DNA of 64,000 nucleotides from Chrysomallon squamiferum (GCA_012295275.1 CM022675.1:4216001-4280000); one strand, 5' to 3'; counted from the stretch's first letter, positions 1 to 12,587 are shown. The notes: generated from the sequence alone by a model not told the origin. Made by a program: numbers and translations.

Positions 1-650
1 CCTTCCTACACTGGTAGTAAGAGGACTGCCACTCTCCCAGGTCTGGCTTCACAGAATGAAACTTGTTCACGACTGCAGCGTTCCAATCATTTTACCAAGA
101 GGAAATGGTAACTTCTGATACTTCGTGATGATGTTTAAAAACGTATAGAAAACACCAGCCCTTCGCACGTGGCAATTCCAAAACCGAGTATTTGATCAAA
201 CGAACTGCTAACTGGGTCAGATTTCATTTTCACTGCCGCAGCACAGGATTTCCCTTCTACCACAGACACCTCTGTCTCCACACGCTTCCTAGCTTCAGGA
301 AGAGTCAAATATTTCTCGGCTTTAACCTGTTGTACCGGTTTTTTTCTTCAAATTTCCATCTTGCACATTGTTGGGACATTGTAATGGTTTTGGTATCAAA
401 GGAACAACAGGTAAGCATAGATATCCAGTGTCTGTAAGGGTGAGTTCGTCAAATTTTAAAATCATTATTCCGGTGACTGTTGATTCTGTTTGCTAATGTC
501 TTCTCAAACTGCTTCTAAATCTTTCCACCTAGTAACTCGTTACAAGAATTTAAGGAAAATATGGCGACACATTGTTAAACAAAACTTTCGACTGAAGAAG
601 ACATCGAGAATGAGTCCAAGTCGAAAATTATACCAGAAGTGTACCATTTT
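1..650 (-). pseudogene. Decayed LINE (I/Nimb-like clade) ORF1 gag-like remnant, frameshifted, running off the window edge
   Basis: My minus-strand translation across frameshifts gives NGTLLV, SLNSC..VTRWKDLE, IILKFDELTLTDTGYLCLPVVPLIPKPLQC and RWKFEEK..VQQVKAEKYLTLPEARKRVETEVSVVEGKSCAAAVK. These follow the order of I-group ORF1 motifs as I recall them (LNSSKGVI, GYL..VRPYIPNPLRC, EK.I..IK....SY.EARK.V...SYA). Stops and frameshifts are present. Confidence 0.7.
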
Positions 651-676
651 TCATTTTGTTTGTTCGTTATTATTAC

Positions 677-744
<68 letters not shown>

Positions 745-1052
745 TGTTTGCTTTTTACAGAAGCTGACAAGCCAATTTTGAACAGCAAAACGTGACACTA
801 ACCATCAGATGAACTAATGATCAGAAACCTTGGCCACGAATAAAAAGTTACAACTTTTGATACATTTTTTTCATTATTATTATTATTGTTATTATTGTTA
901 TTGTTATTATTATTATTATTGTTGTTGTTGTTGTTGTTGTTGCTGTTACGTTTAACGTTACTATTTTGTATTCTAGGAGTGTAGATGCTTTGTCTCTAGC
1001 GACCTAGAGAGAAAGACAGAGAAAAAAAGAACAGAGGTATATAGGAAAAATA

Positions 1053-1162
<110 letters not shown>

Positions 1163-1419
1163 TGAAGCCGTATCCTTATTACTACTAGTACTTCTTCCAC
1201 TACTACTACAACTAACAAAAGTATAACCTCTACTACTATTAGTGCTACTGCTACTACTACTGCTATCGCTACAACTACTACTAATTTCATCATCATTATT
1301 ATAATGAAACATTTTATTCAACAATTATCAACAAAAAAGCACTTTAAATAGAAAAAAAACAGAATATAGTGATTTTTTTTTATAATTGTTGAAAAAAAAT
1401 ATATATATATATATGTATA

Positions 1420-1475
1420 TAAATAAATAAATGATGGATGGATGAATGGATGAACTGATAGACAGACAGGCAGAT

Positions 1476-1520
<45 letters not shown>

Positions 1521-1720
1521 CAGACAGATAGATAGATATATAGACAGACAGACAGATAGATAGATATGTAGACAGACAGGCAGATATAGATAGACAGATA
1601 GATAGATAGATAGATAGATAGAAGATAGACAGACAGATATATATATAGACAGATAGATATAGATAGATAGATAGATATAGATAGATAAATAGATAGATAT
1701 AGATATAGATATAGATATAA
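1420..1720. repeat. Compound (TAAA)/(GGAT)/(GATA)/(GACA) tetranucleotide microsatellite
   Basis: Directly visible. Confidence 0.95.
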
Positions 1721-1875
1721 ATAAATAAAAGGTGAAAATAAAATTTACTCAAAGGCAAGGTAAATGTTTTCTGATATTTTTATTTAAAAGAAACAAAAAA
1801 TATTTTTGTACAGACGAAAATGGTTTGACGATGTAAAACATATTAAAACTAATACCCCGTTCGAAAATGTTATCT

Positions 1876-2433
1876 TCAGTTCTTGTACTTGTCCGCTGTT
1901 TCAGTGTCCGGCACTCGGTGTTTGGCGAGCAAAGGACGGAGGATGAGAGGAATGTACCTCGGCTTTATGTAGCGAATGCTTTCCAGCTGACGTTCTCCAG
2001 ACTCGTCTGCCCACGTCAGCGACCTTCTGTGAATCCTCTGTCTCCTGCACGACGCGTTGAAGTTGAAGCTGTCCATGGAGGATGACTTAGGGAGGCGCAG
2101 ACACGACTTCAGGCCGCTGTCCTCCTTCACCTCGGTCCACGCGCCCAGGTCCACGCTGTGCCGTCGTGCCGGGGCTCGCGTCACGGCGGCGAAGATCGAC
2201 TTGATGTGGGGGAGGTGCAGGCGTCCGAACGTCTTCCTCATCTTCTTGTCCAGCGACTTGCGACAGAAGATTTCCGGGAGGCGAATCTCATCCGGAGCAG
2301 ATGTGACCGCTGTCGACGTGAGACACGAATACTGCTCGTTGCTGTCTTCGAACGAATCCGCCGCTCTCGAAGAAGCCTGGAAAGAAATTTCGTTGAAACT
2401 CTCTTCAAAAGACGTCATCGCTTTGGTGGACAT
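1876..2433 (-). CDS. Intronless 185-aa uncharacterised protein with PP1-docking-like motifs (LKSCL; RRSLTWADESGERQLESIRYI)
   Basis: ATG-initiated, non-repetitive, GC- and CpG-rich ORF in an AT-rich background. AATAAA lies ~90 nt downstream (1784-1779, minus). The motif resembles the RVxF/W-AD-xG-xL-xxVR region of PP1 regulatory subunits such as the PPP1R3 family. Confidence 0.75.
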   Translation of the reverse strand: MSTKAMTSFEESFNEISFQASSRAADSFEDSNEQYSCLTSTAVTSAPDEIRLPEIFCRKSLDKKMRKTFGRLHLPHIKSIFAAVTRAPARRHSVDLGAWTEVKEDSGLKSCLRLPKSSSMDSFNFNASCRRQRIHRRSLTWADESGERQLESIRYIKPRYIPLILRPLLAKHRVPDTETADKYKN

Positions 2434-3341
2434 AAAGATATTTGTCCGCGGCTGTTCTCTGCAGAAGACAGCTCGTTATTTCTGGAGAAGGAAAAATACG
2501 ACGTCTGCGAAGGTCTGAGAGCAGAAGCTGAACTGAAGTGAAACCTGCAGACAGCTGACCTCACCGAAAAATTTACATTACAAACAGACCATCGCGAAGT
2601 ACGCAAGAACGTTTCCATAACAACAAACCACAAATGCCGTGATCAACGACGTAAATAGCTCAGTACAAAATATAAACATGTGCGTATGTACTTATATATA
2701 TATATGCATATATATATAGGTACATATATTGCAGATATACAATCCTTTATCGGGAAATCGAAAAATTTCAAACACCGAACCTTCTTGTGACATGCTAAGG
2801 GGTTGCTTGGTGGTCGTGTTTGTGGAATGTCGTACTTCGGCTCACTGAACAATATGGAGCTGGACTAGCGCTGTGCGTGAAACAAAAAGACAAATTACCG
2901 AAACTTTATAGCGAGAGTGATAATCACAAACTAACGAAAAACAGTAGAAAAATATAAATAGGGCAAAAAATGAAGATCTTCACCGTGTGATGAGAGAATG
3001 GGTTCACAACCAAGAAGGGAAGATGTCCCACTAAACGGTTTCTTGGTCACGAAAAAAGCTGGAATACATCTCAAAGAACTGAAACTGACGGAGAGCGTTC
3101 AGTATTCAGATCCGATGTAACTAATGGAGTAACCAAAATTAAGATTCAAATATCTTAGAATAACCAAAATATCAGAAAACAAACAACGCGTTGGTCAAGC
3201 CGCTCTGGTGTTGAGATTCTCCGTTTAGACTGAGAATTGTAATTACAAACATGTTTCTCCAAGAATAGCACTCAAATAGCATTCTTTGTTATTAGAAATA
3301 TAAGTATGTACACTCCCATATTTAATATAATTACATGTATT

Positions 3342-3373
<32 letters not shown>

Positions 3374-3543
3374 TACACTAACACAAAAACACATGCATAT
3401 ATACATATATATATATACAGTACACACATTCTCATGTAAAACAAACTTATAGAAATATATATATACACATATTCTAAAAACACTGATATATAATATACTT
3501 ACTCATATACATATATATATACACACACACACACACATACATA

Positions 3544-4056
3544 TAGCGGTACCTCGACTTACGAGTGCCCCAGCTTACGAGTTACGAGCAGTCAGTCACC
3601 CGGTCAATTTTTTCCTTTGAGTTAAGAGCCAAATTTCGAGTTACGAGCGAACTTCAGATACGCTGCCGCTAGTTGGCGCAACGAAGAACGCAACATCCGG
3701 CCAGCAGCCCGCGTCTCACTCGTTTACCTCACGTGGTTACCTCGCCGTGGAAGCATCTCATGTTTTGTGCAGTATTTTTCCAAATTTACATGGATCCTAA
3801 GAAAGTGAGTGCAAAGGACAGTGCTGAGAAGAAGAAGCGGATAACGACCACTGAATTAAAACATGAAATCACAGAAAAACACGAGCGAGGTGTGTGTGTA
3901 GTAATCATGGCTAGGCAACACGAGCGTTGTAGTTTTACGATAAGTACAATGCTGAAGCAGAAGGAGTCGATAAAGGATTTAAAATAATTTCTAAACTGCT
4001 CACCTCTGTCCAAGAAAAGATGGAGAAACCCTAACCCTGTACACTTTACAAATTCA

Positions 4057-4097
<41 letters not shown>

Positions 4098-4292
4098 CAA
4101 TATTTGTCATTTAGACAACATTTTTCTTATTTAAAAAAAACGTTACAAAAAAGCGTGGTGGTTTTGTGAGGCTGGAACGGATAAATGGTATTTCAGTTAA
4201 TTTCAGTTGGGAAAACTGATTTGATATACGAGCAAACTGAGATACGATCTCGGTCACGGAACGAATTAAACTCGTAAGTTAAGGTACCACTA
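3544..4292 (+). mobile_element. Internally deleted Tigger/pogo-family DNA transposon retaining the transposase N-terminal HTH
   Basis: Terminal inverted repeats TAGCGGTACCTCGACTTACGAGT ... ACTCGTAAGTTAAGGTACCACTA, with TA on the left. Internal peptide MDPKKVSAKDSAEKKKRITTTELKHEITEKHERGV..MARQHER...TISTMLKQKESIK resembles the CENP-B/Tigger N-terminal HTH. Confidence 0.88.
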
Positions 4293-4765
4293 GTGGGTTT
4301 ATATACACACATATATATATACACATGACGAACGCGCATACACATATATACATACATATACACTACATACACTCCCATATAAAATAAATTTACCGAAATA
4401 TATATATATATATCCATACAAACATACATAATACATACATACATGCATACATACACACATACATACAGTTTTTGAAAAAAAATTCGCTGTCACAGTGATG
4501 ATTGGCTAATCACAGATTTAATTTTTTTTTTTTTTTCTATGGTCACCCATCTTTTTTTTTTTTCACTTCCTACATCCGATGTTTTTATACGTTTATTCTA
4601 TATTTTTGCATACTTACGTACGAACATGTTCAATGTTTACAAAATTATTCTCTGAGCCTCGTGTTTGGTCTTTTCGTTAATACTTTAATTTGTCATACAC
4701 GGTTACAGTTGTTTAGACACTGACGAAACTGATTTTCACGAAAATTACTGACTCTTTGATGATAT

Positions 4766-4800
<35 letters not shown>

Positions 4801-5152
4801 TTAAATGTGATTTATCTAGGTTAAATTCACAACCGTTTTGCTCTGTGTTAAAAACATATGTATTTTCATTGTTTCACTGTCTCAGCTTTGTATTACACAA
4901 AGTTTATCTATTTTCCGTTCATTTTTGTAATCTGGTTGATTATTAAGTCAAATTTAACCAAACAGTCCTCCATACTCATGAAGACCCGCCCACCCATCCA
5001 CAAACACACAAACACATACAAACACACACACAAACACATACACTAACATACACACACACACAAGAACAAACACACATATATTAGCCTATAACAGTCAAAT
5101 CTTAGATAACCTGTTCTCGTTCTAATCTTGTTATCTGATTTTCCAGATTTAA

Positions 5153-5232
<80 letters not shown>

Positions 5233-5310
5233 TGATGATGATGATGATGATAATAATAATAATAATAATGATAAAAATAATAATAATAGTGATGATGATG
5301 ATAACTATAA
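5153..5310. repeat. (TAA)n/(TGA)n trinucleotide microsatellite
   Basis: Directly visible. Confidence 0.95.
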
Positions 5311-6294
5311 TAACGAACAAACTAGATCAACAAGTAAAGTCAACCGTCTTTTATGTTTTAATTATTTTTATACAAAACTACAAATTTACTTCAACAAAGC
5401 AGTGAAAGGTAGACAACACAGTTTACAACAATGAATTTCTTGTAATCAGTTTTCTAACTCAATTCTGCTTTCATTTTATAACTCCAGTTATTTTTATTCT
5501 TTCCTTTGCCATCGAGAAATCAAAAACAGTTAAAACACAGAGAAGCATTCCAGATCCATGACGTCAGAACTCTTTTTCATTCGTCAGTTTAACCTGTTTT
5601 TCTTTACAAACAGTTTTAAAACACAGCTTTTGGATTCGATATTATTTCAGTAATTTTTGTTTTCAATGTTATTTTCAGTATATTTCCCGCATTTCAATTT
5701 ACTCCGAAATGTTCAAATCAGTTTACATTATTATCTAATTTTAAACATTTCAAATCTGGTTGTAGAAATTAACTTTTCTCTCTTTTTCGTCGAACGCTGA
5801 AAATAGTCATCAGCTTTTCAAAATACTTCAGTCAGTTCTAAATTTCCGCTAATAAATAAATAAAGTCACGTGGTGTATTCCTATTTGTTATGTGCCAAAT
5901 TTCTACATATTCATGGACGGTTTTCAGTTTGTACTATCTCTAACTTTTTTTTTTAAAATCGTGAAAGCTTTTTTTTTTATTATTTATTTTTATTTTTTTT
6001 TTTTTATTATTTATTTATTCACACAAATCCATCTTTCTGTTCACATTTCATTTTCTTTGGAATTGGAATTTGATGTTTCGTATTCTCTCGATTAGATTCG
6101 GCAGTATCCGTGCTTTTCCGTTTTATTCCGTTATCTAACGATTACGTAGATCAAATGTCAAGTATTATACAAAGCCTAACAATAGATTTTACTTAAACTG
6201 TTGACATGACAGCAAAACAACATCACAGACAACTATAACATCAACAATAACACAGTTAATAATAATAACAACAAAAGTTATAATAATAATACTC

Positions 6295-6332
<38 letters not shown>

Positions 6333-6615
6333 CGTAATAATAGTAATAATAATAATAATAGGGTAGTAGTAATAGTGGTAGAAGTAGTAGCAGTAGTAGT
6401 AGTAACAGTAGTAGTAGAAGTAACAGCAGTAGTACTAGAAGTAGCAGTAGTAGTTGTATTTGTAGTAGTAGTAGTTGTTGTAGTAGTTATAGTAGTAATA
6501 AATAAATAAATAAATAATAATGTCATGAGTTAGTATTTGTATATTAAAGTAATTTGTTGAGAACTGAAAAGTGAAGAAAAGGTAAATAGAACTGTGTTCC
6601 AGTATTTCAGTCGTA

Positions 6616-6654
<39 letters not shown>

Positions 6655-7021
6655 TTTTTTTATGCTTTTTTTGTTTTTTTTGTTTATTTATTTCGATCTG
6701 CGAGACAACAAATTCTGACGCGTATTAAACACGTGATTTGAAAACTAAAAACAAGTCATCACGTTTCACAACCTTTGTGTCAAAAATTTGGTCTAAGTCT
6801 TTATCATAACTGCTTAGGCACAGTGCACGTGTATAGTTTTATGGGAGCTACTTAGGGTGGTAGGAGAAGTGGTTGTAGTTGTGGTGATGGTGGTGGTGAT
6901 AGTTGAAGTTGTAGTAGTTGTAGTATAATAGTAGTATTAGTAGTAGCAGTAGTAGTAGTAGTTGTGGTGATGGTGGTAGTGATAGTTGAAGTTGTAGTAG
7001 TAGTATAATAGTAGTAGTAGT

Positions 7022-7053
<32 letters not shown>

Positions 7054-7528
7054 TAGTAGCAGTAGTAGTAGTAGTAGTAGTAGCAGTGGCAGTCGTGGTT
7101 GTTGTGATAGGAACAGTAATAAAATATTGTAATAGCAATAGAGTGATAAGAAAAGTAGAAATAAAAATAATGATAATAAAATGTAATTATAAATAGTGGC
7201 CATGTTGAATAATATTATCGTTCGTTAATTTCGCTATTTGTTGTTTCTATTTGAAGAAGGTGCTAACTGATCGAGACTCTGGGCCGATTCTACTTTCTAA
7301 ACAACCAACAACCTTTTAAATGAATTAACACTGAAACGACGTGAACAACGAATACTATTTACAGATTAAAAACAGACTAATAGTCTCTGCTGCCAACGTA
7401 GCCAGAACAAACGAAAATAAAAATCGTTAAAATGTGTGTACACACTCGTATCTGTATCAGTGCTACTTCGTTTTTATCTACATTCTTCATGTTTTCACAC
7501 TCCGGCAACTTCTCTTCCGCGTTTTTAA

Positions 7529-7732
7529 CTACTCCTTAAACAGCAGGTTTCCGGAGAATGTCGAGTACATGTAACCGTGAATTGCCGAAGCTCGAGCCTG
7601 TAATATCAGCCAGACTTGGTCGCCTTCTTTTAAATTCAAGATGGCGGTGTTGGATGCTGATGCCCAGTAGGGGACGCTTTCAGCCCAAACTGTTGCAATG
7701 CTGTCGCCATTTCTGACAAGAGTAACTGCAGC
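7529..7732 (-). CDS. C1q domain-containing (collagen + gC1q) protein, last coding exon
   Basis: Acceptor ...tattacAG|, phase 0. Translates AAVTLVRNGDSIATVWAESVPYWASASNTAILNLKEGDQVWLILQARASAIHGYMYSTFSGNLLFKE*, with the gC1q C-terminal signatures L.L..GDQVW and STFSG.LL. Absent from the ORF track. Confidence 0.95.
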   Translation of the reverse strand, partial: AAVTLVRNGDSIATVWAESVPYWASASNTAILNLKEGDQVWLILQARASAIHGYMYSTFSGNLLFKE

Positions 7733-8173
7733 CTGTAATAAAAATAAAAAAAATAAATAAATAAATAAACAATAACAAATAAATAAATAAATAAAGAATA
7801 ATAATAATAATAATAATCATAATAATCATAATAATCATAATAATAATAATAATAACAACAACAATAACAACAACAAGGGAAACAACTCTAATTGTTACTA
7901 CCTCTAACATTACGTACTATTCTGCTACTGTTTTTTTAGATATACTGTTACTTACTACTAACACTAATATAACTTCAACTGTTAGCATTACTATCATCTA
8001 AACATCTATTGCTACTAATACTACAACACTACTACTACAACATTAGCATTAACACTACTACAATTACCACTGTTTTTATTACTATTTATTATTCTTACTA
8101 CAACTGTCACTACTAACAGTAATAATAACGTCTTAACAAATACAAGGGAAACAACTCTATCTCTACTACTCAC

Positions 8174-8382
8174 GCGGTGCCTCCCCTGTGCAGCTACGAC
8201 AACGTTAAACTGGTATGTGCCGTTGTAGGGCGCTTTAAACTTCCCTGTCTCGGTTTCGAAGGCTCCTCCCACATTGGTTATGATTTTATCAAACAGCAGA
8301 TTGATATCTTTTTTGTAAGGACCGCGGTTATCGTTCAGACCAACAAAGAAGGCAACTTTTCCCGGAAGCGGTGCGTCCTTAC
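8174..8382 (-). CDS. C1q domain-containing protein, middle coding exon
   Basis: Acceptor tctctccttcAG|, donor |GTGAGT, 209 nt, phase 1 to 0. Translates (G)KDAPLPGKVAFFVGLNDNRGPYKKDINLLFDKIITNVGGAFETETGKFKAPYNGTYQFNVVVAAQGRHR, with gC1q signatures AF, FD...N.G..F....G.F.AP..G.Y.F. Confidence 0.95.
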
Positions 8383-8514
8383 CTGAAGGAGAGATGTAAA
8401 ACAGAAGAAACTGTAATGGTGTTCCGTCGTGCCGAGTAAATTGTCGTAATAAGATTTAACAGCAGCGTTTAACAACAGAGGCTTATAGAGCTGATAATAA
8501 TAATAATAATAATA

Positions 8515-8546
<32 letters not shown>

Positions 8547-9307
8547 CATGTATTTATGACGATGGTGATGATGATGATTACAATAATAATAATAATAATG
8601 TTTATGATGATGATAATGATGATAATAATAATAATAGTAACAGTAAGAACAACAACAGTAATAGTAATGATAATGATGATTATGATGACGAAGATAACAA
8701 TCTTAATAACTTTCCTCAGTTCAAAATAAAATATATATCACAATAATATTGTGAACCTAACAACATAGCATTTCTCCTTGTTTAGTATTATTACTAGTCT
8801 ATACAATAATTCTCAGTACATTTATTAAGTATCCGAAAACAACGATCGTGTATATATGTGCCTGCTTGCGTGCTTGCGTGTGTGTGTGTGATTGTATGTA
8901 TGTATGTATGTATGTATGTATGTATGTATGTATGTATGTATGTATGTGTGTCTGTATGTATGTATGTATATATGTATATATGTATGTATGTATATATATG
9001 TGTGTATGTATGTATGTATGTATGTATGTATGTATGTATGTATATATCTATGTATGTAGGTATGTATTAGAATTTTCCAATAGTAAAACCTGAAATGATA
9101 CTTGTTCAAAACGTAGACATTTATCCAGTAGAGAAAGTAACTAATTTAATTACTAGTAAAAAATAAGGAGCAGTATTTAGAATGGGAAACGAGTATAATT
9201 TTTATATTGTGTTCTTTTATTGTTATTATGTTTTACATTATTATTATCATTGTTGTCGTCGTTGTTATTTTTGTCTGTTGTTTTTGTTACTGTTGTTTTA
9301 TTATTAT

Positions 9308-9340
<33 letters not shown>

Positions 9341-9835
9341 CGGTAGTAGTAGTAGTAGAATATTCGTTTAATTACTTTCAGCATTTTTAACTTTGAATAT
9401 TACATGAAATTACCTGATCTGTTTAACAAGGCAATATTCGAATAAACATTATGACAGAAGACAATTTTAGAGTAAATTAAATTAATTTCACAAATAATTT
9501 TATTAAGTGTTTACTGAAACCTACATATACAGCAGACACACACACAAATATATATATATATTACATAGAAAGGAATACACGTACATGCACAAACACATAT
9601 GTGTAAATAAACACAAACATATACATACACACACACGTTCATACAGAGACACACAAATACGTACAGCCATGAACAAACATCTACAAAAATTGCACAGACG
9701 CACACACGCACACACGCATCTTTTGCTCAAAGAACACACAGCAATTAAAAATTCGTGCCTAAGAAACATTCTGTAAAAAAATATAAGTGTCTTTGTTTTT
9801 GTTTTTTTCTTTCTTTTTCTTTATAACAATAACTA

Positions 9836-9868
<33 letters not shown>

Positions 9869-10769
9869 AAAAAGAAAAAAAAAGAAAAAAAAAAAAAAAG
9901 TTTAGGAAATCCTTTTTCTTGTAAGTGTAAGTTTACTGAGTTCAAAGGAGGAAACACACCCACGCGGTGAAAGTGAATTAAATCTCAGAATCCCACCTGA
10001 TTACATCAGCTCACAACTCGTAATCCACGCCTACAGATACCTCCACGTATATACCTAGCTGTATGTCTACTTACTCACTTACTTGTTTGTTTATTTATTT
10101 ATTTATTTTCTTATTTATTTACTTATTTATCTATCTATTTATTTATTTTCTTATTTATTTACTTATTTATCTATCTATTTATTTATTTATTTATTTATTT
10201 GTTTGTTTATTTGTTTATTTATTTGTTTATTTATTTATTTATTTATTTGTTTATTTATTTATTTATTTATTTGTTAATTTATTTTATATACCATCATGTC
10301 CAATTACTCACTTACTTATTTATTTATTTATTTATTTGTTTAACTACTTATTTATTTTCTTATTTATTTGTTTGTTTATTTATTTATTTATTGTTACATC
10401 ATCATCATCATCATCACCAACATTATTATTTAACTACTACTACTCCTCCTATTACTACTACTACTATTATTACTATCATTATTATTATTGTAATTATTAT
10501 TAATAATAGAGTATTGTTGTTGTTGTTATTCTTTCTGTTACTGTCGTCATCATCATCATCATCATCATTATTATTATTATTATTTTTATTTGCATTACCA
10601 CTACTACTTCTACTATTGTTATTATTATTAGTAGTAGTAGTAGTAGTTGTAGTAATAGTTGTATTGTTTTTGTTGTTATTGTTATTATTATCATTCTTTA
10701 CCGTTTCCCTATACATAGATTTCATCTTTGTGGGGCGTCGTTAAACAAATACATATAAAAACACTTTTC

Positions 10770-10803
<34 letters not shown>

Positions 10804-10813
10804 TCTGAATTAC

Positions 10814-10942
10814 CTGCCTTGCCCGGTAGTCCGGGTAACCCTGGCTTTCCGTCTTTCCCGGGGGGCCCAGGAGACCCGGCTTTACCCTCGGGACCTTTTA
10901 TCGGTAAATGTAAAATCATTTCTTTACATGAATGGTACTCAC
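10814..10942 (-). CDS. In-frame 129-nt extension of the C1q first coding exon (second collagen module) ending at an alternative donor
   Basis: Open, in frame: [43 protein letters not shown], then donor CAG|GTAATT, also phase 1. Would give a 272-aa protein. Confidence 0.7.
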
Positions 10943-11219
10943 CCGCCACCCCTGGCAAGCCGGGTTTCCCGGGGGCCCCGGGTTTTCCTGGTTCCCCGGG
11001 GGTCCCGGGCGGCCCTTTGGGACCTCGTATGGGCAGACTGAGGGGGAGGTTCTTCTCTCCCTTGCAGGCGATCTCCAGCTCACACACGCCCTGAGAGTCG
11101 TCCGTCCGTGCCGCGTCCTTAGCCCGGTCCTTGCTTCGGTTTCGTCTCGGAGATCGCCGACAGCTTCCGGCCGCCATGCAGACAAACAGTATGACGATAA
11201 ATGTAATTCTGGTGCGCAT
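10943..11219 (-). CDS. C1q domain-containing protein, first coding exon (signal peptide, basic linker, Cys pair, collagen module 1), short donor form
   Basis: Acceptor tttcAG|a ATG (ATG 11219-11217). [20 protein letters not shown] is signal-peptide-like, followed by CELEIAC and [28 protein letters not shown]. Donor G|GTGAGT is phase 1, compatible with the next exon, giving a 229-aa protein. Confidence 0.9.
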
Positions 11220-11349
11220 TCTGAAATAAATAAATAAAAGAATAAATAAAAGAATAAATAAAAGAATAAATAAATAAATAAATAAATAAAAGTGAATCAT
11301 GTAAGTTTTCTTGTTGGTGTTGTTGTTGTTGTTGTTATATTTATTATTA

Positions 11350-11395
<46 letters not shown>

Positions 11396-11779
11396 CGCGG
11401 AATCATCATTTCTGGATTATTATTTTATTATTATCATCATTATCACGGATCATTATTATGAAATTATTACAGATCGAAATTATTATTGATTATTTTTAAA
11501 ATCATCAGGACATTAACGTTGAGACAGTGGATTAACAAAACATTGAGAGGTTTCGTCATTTTTTCTGGATTTGTGTTATTTTGGTACTGGTGTAACAGTG
11601 TGTGAGTGTGTGTGGACGTAATTGTGTGTGTGAAACCCACACAGATCCGGTGAAAAGCCCACACAAAGTGTGTGTGTGTTTTTGTGTGTGTGTGTGACAA
11701 TTCTAACAACTTGAGTGTGTGGTGTAACAAAACAGAGTGACAGGTTTGTGTGTGTTTGTGTGTTGTGTGTGTGTTTGTG

Positions 11780-11831
<52 letters not shown>

Positions 11832-12553
11832 CTATAACCATAATCATATATATCTATATATGTATGCATGTATGCAAGTAGGTATATGTGTGTCTGTGTG
11901 TGTATGTATGTGTGTAGAAATCAATAATAAATGAACTGGTAGAGAAACGAAAAAAAAAAAAAATTAATTCTATAAATTACAGATATTTTCCATCTATTGT
12001 TGAAATAGGAAAAGAAAAAGGAAAAACAAAAAAAGATATGATGGAGTAAATGGAAGGTTTGATTCCTTTTTTTTTTTCTTTTTTTCTTTCTTAAAGAATA
12101 TAAGATGGAAGAGATATTAAAAGGAAAGAAAGAAGAAGAAATGCCGATGCTTTATGGTATACTTATGAGAAACGTTAATTAGCTTTGATTTTCATCTCAC
12201 TTCCGGTACAAAGTGGTCGGACTGCCATTCAGGGGAAACAACTTCTATTCATCACATCGATTTGGTTCACGATTTATATTGATTTATTATTCTTAGTAGT
12301 ATTATTGCTATTACTACTACTATTACTATTATTACTACTATTACTGCTATTACTACTACTACTACTATTCTACTACTACTGTTACTACTATTACTACTAT
12401 TACTGTTATTACTACTATTACTACTACTACTACTATTACTACTACTACTATTAATACTGTTACTACTATCAGTACTATTGCCATTATTGTTGTTGTTGTT
12501 GTTGTTGTTGTTATTGTTATTAGTAATATTATTATTATTATTATTATTATTAT

Positions 12554-12587
<34 letters not shown>

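Noticed and set aside
2057-2541. + strand ORFs of 153 and 127 aa
   Set aside because: Antisense shadows of the GC-rich minus-strand CDS, with non-ATG starts and no motifs.
7873-8159. 18-nt exact repeat ACAAGGGAAACAACTCTA twice in the last C1q intron
   Set aside because: Real, but most simply a small intronic duplication with no functional evidence.
9960-9972. CACGCGGTGAA similarity to miR-124
   Set aside because: The seed (AAGGCAC) is absent and there is no precursor hairpin.
10819-11237. + strand Gly/Pro-rich ORFs
   Set aside because: The reverse complement of collagen codons (GGN/CCN) produces pseudo-collagen. Splice signals and the signal peptide support the minus strand.
10722-11300. 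192-aa ORF taken as a complete protein
   Set aside because: Its first 27 and last ~30 residues are intronic (TTTA repeats, poly-A). The true coding part is 11219 to 10943/10814.
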